A stretch of DNA of 64,000 nt from Oculina patagonica. Taxonomy: Eukaryota. Positions 1-10,600 of the stretch are shown one piece after another. The stretch covers positions 12,152,001 through 12,216,000 of the forward strand of contig NC_135760.1 in NCBI RefSeq assembly GCF_052425735.1. The letters are read 5' to 3'. The number at the start of each line of letters is the position of its first letter. The stretch's first letter is position 1. Under the pieces are notes generated by a model. The model was not told where the DNA came from. It searched no databases and was given only the letters and a program-made list of their open reading frames with translations. Position numbers and translations under genes: made by a program.

Positions 1-90
1 TCAGTCAGTCAAGCAGTCGGTCGGCGGGAGTCAAGAGTCAGTGGAGCCGCAGTCAGTGTCCGTCAGTCATTTAGGCAGTAGGTCAGTCAC
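1..90. repeat. Degenerate (CAGT)n tetranucleotide microsatellite
   Basis: Repeated tcag/cagtc units (tcagtcagtc...agtcagtg...gtcagtca). Confidence 0.6.
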
Positions 91-581
91 TCCTTATTTC
101 TTATCTACAGTAGCTAACATCAGTATTTATTGCGTTCGGAGACGTCTTTGCGTGCTGTGTCCGTGTGCCGGAACGCAAGAAGTGGATGTGTGACATATTC
201 GTATGTGGAAGTTGCCTCGATCTCATGTGATAGAAAGAAAGAATAACTGCGTCACAGCGACGCACAAGACAGGCGCGCAAACCAGAAGCGACGCTAGCAC
301 ATTTTGTGGCATCTTTGTGATGGGGTGTCCCGTGGGCGTTTTGTATGTGAGTTGGACTGGGAGACGGCAGCGCACGTGCGTTGCGAGTGCGGAGTGGCTG
401 TGGGGGCTATCTGATTTGATGCGCACGTCCGCCGTGTGACAACGTCACTCGGATTACGTTGCTGCCTCGGTACCTATCTTGGGTCGAACGCACTCCCTAA
501 TCTCTGATTATTACTAGTATAAAAAAGAACTGGTTTTCAGTTTAATTTGCCAAGCTTATAGTGTTTTGTTCATATTGTAAG

Positions 582-955
582 GTGCCCAGACAACCACGGC
601 GTCTCCAACGCCTACTCTGTCACGCGTTCCGCCAAAACCTCCAAAGACTCAGCCTCCTGAAACCGCGAAAATACATAAGCCGACACCAAGACCTAAAGGA
701 GTCTCCGCCTGGGTCATTATATTGATAGTCTTAGCAGCCATGGCACTCGTGCTCATCTCTGTGTTTCTGCTTTACCGCTGGAATCATCGCTACACGGGCT
801 CATTCAAACCCAGTAAGAACGAAGAGGGTCAGCCGCAAGAGCCTGGGGTGGAGCCCGCTGAACAACAAAATGTCCGGATGTACAATCAACCAGCGTTTTT
901 CATGTACAAGCCTCCAAAGAAATCACCAACTGCTGAAAGCCCAGTGTCTATTTAA
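582..955 (+). CDS. Terminal exon of a type-I single-pass membrane protein (Pro/Thr stalk, TM helix, short tail); gene begins upstream
   Basis: Acceptor ttgtaag|g at 581/582 (phase 1). The frame reads AQTTTASPTPTLSRVPPKPPKTQPPETAKIHKPTPRPKG-VSAWVIILIVLAAMALVLISVFLL-YRWNHRYTGSF...ESPVSI*, with stop TAA at 953-955. Confidence 0.8.
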
Positions 956-1210
956 AACCGCTGTATCTTGAAGGATGCCTTACAAGTAATCGGGCGGAGT
1001 TGTGCTTGGTTTGTATTTATAGACCTTTATAAGCCAACGTAGCCATGTTCAGTAAGAAAAACGAAATTTGGGACAGTTTTTGGTGAAGCGCAACAACAGC
1101 AATTCATTTTCGTGGAAAAGACAGTAAGAGCAGTGTTTTCTATTGGAGGTAATAAAGTTCATCAAGGAGACGCAAAATTAAAAAATGTTTTCCTGAATTA
1201 TAATGGAGCA

Positions 1211-1344
1211 GGATTGCTAAGTTACCAAGAACTCGATCACCAGCTGAAAACTCTTCTCAGCGAGACTGAGATTACAGGGATTGCTAAGTTAACAAGACCT
1301 CAATCACCAGCTGAAAACTCTTATTAGCGAGACTGAGATTACAG
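1211..1344. repeat. Tandem duplication, 67-bp unit x2
   Basis: ggattgctaagtta...cagctgaaaactctt...agcgagactgagattacag starts at 1211 and again at 1278, with few mismatches. Confidence 0.9.
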
Positions 1345-2057
1345 CTTTAGCGTGAAATCTTTAAACAGGTTTATTAGGAAAAGTATTTATTTATTTATTC
1401 CTAGCCATTTTTTTTATATAAATGTTAGGCCCAGCGAGTGAACGGATATTTTGTGCATTTTTTTAATGCTTGGAATTTAGAGTTTGGGAAATTTATACTG
1501 TATATTTCAACATAATCAGTGGCTTTGGGCCTGAATGCCGTCAAAACTACGAAATCAGTATGAGTAAGGTATGAAAATAACCTACAGACTGATAATACTG
1601 GACACCCAAATTTGTCAAGGCCAAAAGCTGAAGCTAAATTTTGGTTTTTGTGAATAAGGGAAATAGTAAGAGTATTTTGTAATGGACTGACCGATCGCCA
1701 GACTGGCGAGCCGACAATTTCGGGGTTAATCGTCGATATCTGAATATTATATCTCTATACTAAAGGGTATAAAAAGAGGAAGAACAGTCAATATGCATAA
1801 TGACAAAACAAATTTATAGAAAAGGTGCAAAACTGGATTTTATGGTTTGTATATTAAAAAAAGAAAGTAAGTCTGCTTTTTTGCCAGAACAACTCAACTT
1901 TAAATACAGCTCATATGAAATGACGTTTTTGTTCTCGACCTATGGTTTACGTTCATACCAAAAGATGCCACACCAAATTTAAGAGATCGTAGGTGATTGG
2001 ACTGTACGTATCATGCATGGTCAAATTTTCTCTGTTTTCCTGTGACGCTGGCTTGGA

Positions 2058-2209
2058 CTTGCCTAGTTCCTGTACGGCTTTTCCCCAAGCCTTCACGGTA
2101 TTACTGACGTCACTCCTCGTTTCGGTGACGTATCCGGGACGAACGCTCGGACCACGTGACCCGAAACGAGTTGACCGCGAAAAAAATAGAGGCCTAGGAA
2201 CTAGGCAAG
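2058..2209. mobile_element. Short MITE-like element
   Basis: Terminal inverted repeat cttgcctagttcct / aggaactaggcaag; TSD unclear. Confidence 0.55.
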
Positions 2210-2428
2210 CTTGGGACGTGAATGTACTTTTGGCTGCGGTTTGAAAAGGGAGTGGGACCACATTTGAGCTTCTTGAGTAGAACATTACCCAAATCCTTCC
2301 TCCCTGCAAATATTGGCGACTAAAAACTTTAAATTTGGGCTCGTCAGTATTTTAACAATGCGTATTTAACGAATAAAAACGTCATTTCATATAAATTCTA
2401 ATGTATCTTGCAATGCTTTTTATTGTTT

Positions 2429-2594
2429 TACCGTCAACTCTCGCCTCGGACACCCCGATGCGGACACCGATACGGACAAAATCCAGATCCCCGGTGAATG
2501 AGGTTGACTGAAAATGACTCCCGCTATTACGGACTTCGCATAACGGACACTAAACGACGCCCCGAGCGTGTCCGTATAACGAGAGTTGACTGTA
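2429..2594. mobile_element. MITE, TA-flanked (Tc1/mariner-type ends)
   Basis: TIR taccgtcaactctcg / cgagagttgactgta, with internal cggacac repeats. A partial end of the same family is at ~24914. Confidence 0.75.
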
Positions 2595-4160
2595 CATGGA
2601 GATCATCAGCCGGTCTGACTATATGAAATTACTTCCGTTGGAACTGATCTCGGGCTTCCGGGACCTATAAACAGGCCTATTTTCACATAAAACACTGAAA
2701 ACAGTTTCAGTAATCTGCCATTTCAGGGCCGTTTTAATGATTGTTCTTGGAAAAAAAAAGCGTTCAATTTTAACTAAAACTCCTGGTTAAAAATTTAATT
2801 CCAGATGATAATAATAACAGTAAGTTTCTGCTTTCAGCCGGTAACTGTTGGTAATGAAAACTTTGCTTGCAAGGAAGGCTATTATATTAAAAAGAAATAA
2901 AAACCTTTGAAAGAACACTTGCTTCCTTTTTTCTGCATTGTTGTTAGTAGTAGTTAGAGTGAGCGTTTGCTGCCTAAATATGTACTATAGTAGTTCATTT
3001 TCTGTTCTCTTTGCACGGTCAAAACGGCTAAAGCTTTTCGTAGAAAAATTGCAATACTATTTATTCTCGTCATATTTGAGGTTTTTCCCCGGTTCGAAAG
3101 TTTCTTTTACGGATAGAATAGATGATAGGGTTACACAGTGAAATGACAAAAAGGATACCTTACAACAAAGACCAAATAAATGCCGAATACTGAAAAATTA
3201 CGCAGGTCAGGAGAGAACTTTGTCTGGAGCTGATACACCAATATGACGAACGCATACAACAATAAGACAATGAATATGGCGGACAAAATGTTAAGAACTT
3301 AGCAGTTACGGAAAACGTTTTAAAATGTTGATTCTTGTAACTTTTCTTACTTTCGATGGGTGGATAAAAGCCAATACTTAGAGTATCAATATTTGCGTTC
3401 TGTGCTATCTGAAGAGCATATTCTTCCGAGCAGTCGAAAATTTTAAACGCCGATACGGAGCGAGCTATTGGGGACAAAATTTGAAAATATAAAACAGTAA
3501 GGGAACAGGCTTGTAAAGTAATCGATTCATATTTTGCAGTTTTGATGATGACAAACGCAAAACCTCATGAGCTCAGACTAAAACAGTTAATTTAAATTTA
3601 ATTGTACATTTGGTGAAGCTTGACAAATTTGAGCGAACTTGATAACCTGAGAGAACGCTATGGAAAGAGTAGTAAACACAGTATTTTTCGTTTTCCATAG
3701 CCAGTTCCGCTTTTGTTACACGAATAAAAAATATACTAAATGTCCATTAAAAATGCTGTAACCATTCTCTGTTTTGTTTCTCTTTATTCGGTATTTGGTT
3801 CTTGGTTGTTTGTGCTTGTGGGAAATGCCATGCCGTGTGCCCGCCACAGCAAAATTTGTGCGGCCGAACCAATTCCATAAAACTACATGTTAGAACTTCG
3901 GAGAAAAATATCTTTACTGAAAAAAAAAACTGTTTAACGTCATTCTCCTGTCACGTTCTTTTTTCGCTTGTTGGCCTATGCTGCTAAGCCAGTTTGTCTT
4001 TTAGTTTTGTCCGGTTCTTCGGTCGCCGAGTGTCCGGGTACCATGACGTACATGTGGGACTGCGGTTGGCTCGGCGCCAGGCCGCAACATCCATTTTGCA
4101 GGTGGCGACAAGACTTGCAGCAGAACAGACAGAATATCTTCCGATTTAAAGCGTTTGACC

Positions 4161-6382
4161 ATGGAACAAGCTGAAAAAATCTGCTCATATCCCGGCACTG
4201 GGGATCATATTTATGTTCTTCGTTCCTTGAGCTATGCACATCACGGTAGGTCGTCTTTCGTGTTAAGGTTTCCTTTTCCCCGTCCTCTATACAATCATAT
4301 TTGTTATTTAACATAATTGAATATTACTTTCAAAATCTAATCCAGGCCGGTATATTCAAACTCGGAAAATTAGTCGCCGAAATTACTTCACTTTGGCATG
4401 GTTGGATTATTAATTATAATTATTTCTGATTACTGAAAATAAAGGTAAATTTAAGAAAAGCATTTCTGTGGACCATTTGAGTTTGGGATTTTTCACACAA
4501 GCAAAAAGGCCGTGGTTAGCTATTTTAGAATTGATTTATTTCGCTCGTCGAATGTGTTTGCGCTATCCTTTTGTCGTTCTACAAATTTAAAGTGAAAACA
4601 CAAAACAAAAAAAATAACTCTTTTAGGGACTTTGATTACAATAAATGTTTTGATGACTGAGAAGCTTCGCTTGAAGGCAAAAGCACTTGACAGTAGAGTA
4701 TAGCAGTTATCAAATCAGTTCACCAGACACTTATGCATATAACATACTAATATTCAACTTTCGAGTGCTGTTAGACCCTGATGAGTTCTTTCGCACCTCG
4801 TGATTTAACATCCTAATACTAGTTATGCAACGCTTTCGAGTGGTATACTATGGTTATCCCCGGTCTTTTTTTTTTCTTTCCCCTTGTGTGTGTGTGTATA
4901 TATAAGTTTTTTTTTTTTTCCGCCGGGGTTTTTTTCTTTTTTTTTTTTTTTTTATAGACTGGTATAAACTTTGTAACACATCTTTTTTTCACAATCCAGT
5001 GACCGACTATTAACTCGGAATCAGATTGGCCAAGCAGGTGCTGAACATAATTATACTGAGAGCACACAAATAAACTTATTTTGCATTGTACTCGATTTTT
5101 CCGTACTGCACTCGACTAATTCCTTGTGCAGTATTTGTAAACGCCAGAGCGATGAATTAGAAGAAACTTAACAGCGCGCAATTTTGACTGAGCTTCTATA
5201 TAACAGAAAATGAAACTTTCGAAATTGAATCTGCACATTTTTACCACACTTCGCTAAATTAACCGAAACGTAATCCCGACCGCAGATGAACACTACAATT
5301 TGTAATTTACCTTATTGTTACTTATTTTCGCGATTTTTTGAAAATCGCGAAATTAAAGACCCGCGAAAAAAGGTTCTCGCGAAAAATAACGAAGCGAACT
5401 TTAATACCCTCCTATATAATTCTTTATCATTAATCAACGTTACGGTCAGTTAAATAAATAATTATCTTGGTACAGTCGTCAAACTCCCTCAACTTTGTTA
5501 CAAAGGAACATGTTAAAGTTTCGTTTTGTTATATGGTTTCGTTCAGTGTCACTATTGGCGCTATGGAAAATTAAAATTAGATGTGCCAATTTTGAGTATT
5601 TTGACAATTTCGCAAAATTTAGCTCCTCTGAACGTATTTTCATGGCCAAATCGCGAAATTTAAGTCTCGCGAAATATGCTCGTTACATTTTCGCGAAATT
5701 AAGTTCCTGCGAAAATAAGTAACAATAAGGTACTGATATCAAGGGGACACACACACAAAAGGGGCCAATCTGAGAGGTCCCTTTACGCGACTAGCGCCAG
5801 GTTACTCATTGTTTATGGACCGCTTGTTTTTTTGTAACAGGAATCTATGTGGGTGACAGCAAAGTGGTACATTTTCAAACTCCTCTTGAAACCGGTCAAA
5901 TGGACAGCTCAGAGATTGTAGAAAGCGACTTTCAAGAGTTCCTAGGACCTGACGGCTCAGATTGGTTCGTGTACAAATACGGCGCGACTGAGGAGGAATT
6001 CAGCGGAAATCCGCGCGGGACATGCACAACAAGACACAGCGACGAGGTTAGAACTGTGCTTGAACGGGCGCGCGAGGCACTGCGGGAAGGATTTGGACCG
6101 TTCAATATAGTTGGTAGTAACTGCGAGGACTTTGCTTTGTACTGCAAGACAGGCCAGCGCTCTCAGACCAGCGGTCAGTACTTATCAGCCATGCGTAGAA
6201 TAGAGGCCGCTCGCCAAGCTGCAGCTACTGGTTACAAGAGTCCCATAGTGTATGCTGGCTGTGTTTTGGGTTGGTTCTCAGCTAAGGATTTTGGAAATCA
6301 AACACACGTAAATGGTGACATGGAAAGTTCAACAAACGATGAGAATGTGAAAGAAGTGCCTTTGGTAAGCAAGCAGGATTAA
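4161..6382 (+). CDS. LRAT/NC-domain (permuted NlpC/P60) protein, 208 aa; exons 4161-4245, 5841-6382
   Basis: Spliced product MEQAEKICSYPGTGDHIYVLRSLSYAHHG|IYVGDSKVVHF...GTCTT...GFGPFNIVGSNCEDFALYCKTG has the H-box (HHGIY) and the catalytic NCEDF box. GT at 4246, AG at 5839-5840. An in-frame stop lies upstream at 4044. Confidence 0.88.
5308..5732. mobile_element. MITE family A copy 1 (24-bp TIR, TA ends), intronic
   Basis: taccttattgttacttattttcgc ... gcgaaaataagtaacaataaggta, with many subterminal tcgcgaaa motifs. Relatives at 27139 and 56939. Confidence 0.85.
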
Positions 6383-7626
6383 CATTTCCAGACAGACGCA
6401 GTTATAAATGTTTGTGAAGTAACCATGATGGTGAACTGAAAAAATAAAATCAATCAACGGAAAAAGACATTTTCTCATTACTAGAGCTGACTGACGTCAC
6501 GAGAAAACCACATGAGGGCGAGGCAGCGTTACCTAGCAACGGTCACCGCGCATTAAGTGAGACAAGTACGAACCAATCGTACAAGTTTATTTGGTGGAAA
6601 GTGCATGCTTCGCTCCTGTCGATGATCAAGACCGATAAAAACTTGACACCAAAGATTTCCGATTAAAGATAGGATAATACAACTTGGACAACTCAAGGAC
6701 AAGTTTATTTTATAAATAAGTTTTTTGTTTGTAATTGTACGATAATTTAACATCTTGACATTTTTTCTCTTTTGGGGTGTGATAAATTTTTGTCTGGCCT
6801 CACTCTGTGTTAACTATTTCACCTCCAAATTCGGCATTTAGATCTCCTTATTGATATTTTACATTTGCTGGTATCAAGATTTTATTTCTTCTTTTTTAGA
6901 ATTGCCTTCTTGAATTTGTTATGAAAAAGGTAAAGAAAAACGTTTGAAATTAATCACATTGAGTTTAAGGACTTTAAGAATTAAGCTACAAAACTCAATT
7001 AAATTTTCTACTCATTCAAATCCATCCCAAGAAGTAGGCTAAATTATGCCGGGTCTGGTAGCAGCTTTCACAAGGTCTTACACGAATAGCTTGCTGCAAT
7101 TCGAGAGAAAAACAACATGAACAATGGCCCTAGCCCCCAAAACTACTACTGACATTAGAATTACAAGATAACGAGAGCTGCTGCACTACTTTAAATTACA
7201 GCATTCAGCTTTTGTAAAGGATCTTCCAATAATTGCTGCATAAAACTTCACTGAAGCCAAATTTTTCTAAGTTTTTTTTTTCACTTCTCAACTTGAGAAT
7301 ACAGCCTCCTCCAGTAATTCTTTCACCGCCCATAAGCTATGGTCGTTAATATGTTTCCTTCATCAAATTTTTCACGTTCTTTTCTCAATAATTTATATTG
7401 CTATAAGATTATTTTAAAGCATGCAACAGGACTAAAAATGGGGTCTTAACTCAGGCCCCAAATAATCCCTCACTGAGGACGATATCCGAAAAAACATTTC
7501 AGAATAATTTCTTTTATATTTACAAAGGTGTTTGACGAAGGTCTTTTACTACAGGGCTTTGACTCTGATGGGCTGTGTTGCCAGGTTGTTAACAACAGCC
7601 TGGTCCGCTGGCAAAGAGGGCCACAA

Positions 7627-10600
7627 CTCTGAAAGAAAGAAAGCAACAGAGCACGGCTATTCAGATTTTTTGTTTTTGCTTTTATAATAAATGATCCCTT
7701 GCTACTTGATACATTTTTAAATTTTTATTTTTTTATGTTCATTGGTTTCCCATTTCTCAGCCAATCAAGTAAGTGTGGCAGGTGGAGAAGTCAAAGTGGT
7801 CACGTGATGAAGAAATGACGTGGACGTTTTGAATTTTAAGCAACAGAAAGATGTAAAAAAATATCAAAACGGATGAATGTAGTTATCGTATAGTACTTTT
7901 AGTCTTAAATGTGTGTTTTTTTCTAAGCAATTTCTGGAAGGCGATTGTTAAGGAAAAAGAACTGAAATGGGCTCTGTTACTTTTAATAACTCAAGGTGGG
8001 CAAACAAGAGAGGCTTCTCCGAGAAAAGGCAGGGAGGTACCTTTACTACTTTGTACTTCGTGTACTTGCTGTGTTTTTTTTTTTCTCTTATGTTTTTATA
8101 TCTATTATTTTTTACCGGCAACACAGACCGGTACACACAATATAGATATTACCAACAAAGTTGCCGTCTTCCCAGATTCTCGTAAATGTACAGCCTTACC
8201 CAAAGAGTTTCCGATTCTAATCAGAGAACAGTACGAATCGGATACAAACCAAAATTTTATTATAACAGTACGAATATTCCCGAACATTCCGAGTACCATC
8301 TTATCACGAGCTTGTCGCCACGAGCTTCGCTGCTTAGCAACATCTCTACCGCAATCCGCGGGCTCACTGGTCAATAACTAGGATTTCGACTTTAAACGCC
8401 ACTTGTTCCGCCAGATTTTACGTAAAAAGAAACCGCCCAGGATACTTACAGGCCTTCATAGCAAGATAGGAATCCAACTGCTCTTGCATGGCTGATGCAA
8501 GAATATCACGATCAGCCTAAAAAAGAGAAAGGAAAACAATAAACATTAGCAAATCCGGGGAAAAATAACGGAAAGCAACAGAGGACGGGACGTACTGCAA
8601 AAGGGTGAAAGGAAACATCGAGTAAAGCCTGGTTTTCACTAACGACGCAAGAACAAGCGCAAGCACAAGCGCAATCACGCAAAAAGGACAAATTTTGATC
8701 CTTGTTCTTGTGCTCGCCGCAAGCACAAGCATAAAACTGCAACGCGCTTGTGCTTTTACTTGATTCAAAGCCGCTTTCATGGTGAAATAAGAGCTGTTAT
8801 TCTTGCGCTTGTGCTTTCGTCGCTAGTGAAAACCAGGCTTAACGGGTTACTAAGTTAAAAAAAGCAACACCAAAGAATTGATTAGAAATCATCACAGAAC
8901 AAGGACGGTTAAGACTGAACCTTGTGTTACAAATTCAGGCGGATTACGATACCTTCTCCTGACGAACATGAAACTTTAAAGTAACGCGAGGAACGTAATA
9001 AACTCCTTTATCCGCGACAAAGACAATTTTGCATCGCAAGCACTGTGTAGACGAGAACAACTCGCAATCTTTTCTTGGAGTACTGAAACCCGAAGAGTAC
9101 TTTCCAATAATAACTACTTAAGGAAGATTACGCAAATTCCGGTCTTTGCCGGAGAAAGTCTCAAAGCTGAACATTAAAATTCCTGCAGCACAATTCTTGC
9201 TCAATTCCACTGGAGATAGCTAGGAAATCTGTTACCCCAGACGTTCGCAGCTTTAGAACTCGTGTAAAGGTTTGTATTTAGCTACCTTGTTTAAGAGTCC
9301 ACATCTGATCAAATCATCGGCAAGGTCTCCTCCTTTGTCACCTGTGAAGTACAAAGAATTAGGGTAACAGTTCTCTTTTATAGCACTGCAGTTTTGAATG
9401 GTTCAAACCAATCAGAGAAAGCGTTATAACATTGACAGTTATTTAATAAAAAAAAGAATATTATACCCTGGCGTATATCACACATGAGATGTCTATTCAT
9501 CTTGTCATCTAACTTGAGAAGTAGTTCCAACTGTGAATGGAAGTAAGAGTCACTGGTCATAAAACAATTTATAAAAAAATACTTCTTTTGGGTCCGCCAT
9601 GTTGGTCAACCAGATTTTGTTGTTAGCTGTCCCTCCCTCCTGAGAACTGATGTTGTTGTTTACTGACTCCACCCTCCTGGGTAACACACTGACCTGATTT
9701 TCTTGTTTACTGTCCCCTCCTTCCTGAGGCATCAACTTGATTTGACATTTGTTAATGGTGGCCTGTCAACAACGATTACAACAAAACAATAAACAAAATT
9801 ACAAAACTATCAGCACAAAATACAGACAACACCCTAAGCCAAGCACTACATGAGCTTTTTCACCATTCCTCGTGTAGCAGCTGCAAAACCGCTCTCCTTT
9901 TGATGCTGACTTTAGAAGTCTTTTTAATTTTACATATCAATTTCATAGTGGTGCAATCTGAATAAAAAATGCTTACAATGCTTTTTACGATATTTTTAGC
10001 AGCCTATAATATAGTCTTTCAAGTGCTACAGGAAAATAGGATTGTCTTTACCCTTCTTGTTTCCTCATCATAGTGATCATCCTTTTCACTTAGCACCGAC
10101 TCCACATCTTCAGGAGACTTGGGTCTTAAAAGCAAAAACAATATTAAGAGTTAACTTCACAACTCCTTTTGAGCCAGTAGTACACAAGACAGAAACATGT
10201 TCTGTCCAGGATTGCCAACCAAAAGTACTGTAGTTTCTGTCACTGACGTCCTCCCCAGGCTTACATGAAGCAATCTATTTAGTCTTCATTGGCAGCCATG
10301 TCACACAATGCTTCTCAACAAAGAAGAAGAAGCACTGCGTGACAATCCAAGTAATGACAGTGAAGGAGAGTACTTTTTCTTTTACCCTACCTTCCAGATT
10401 CCATCGGAAAATCTTTGGCGATATTACCAACCTCTATATCTCAACAGTGATTGTTACTAACTTTTTACCCCCAAATACATTAAATTTTATGTTGTAGCTC
10501 ATGATATAAGAGTTGGTAAGCCATAACTCACTACCAACCTTTGTCTAGGTCTCAACTCTTTCCTTTGTTGCATTCCTGTCAGAGGAAACAGGCCATTTCT

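Noticed and set aside
7911-8381. 156-aa ORF antisense within the last NRBP intron
   Set aside because: GTG start, low-complexity F/L/C composition, no domain motifs.
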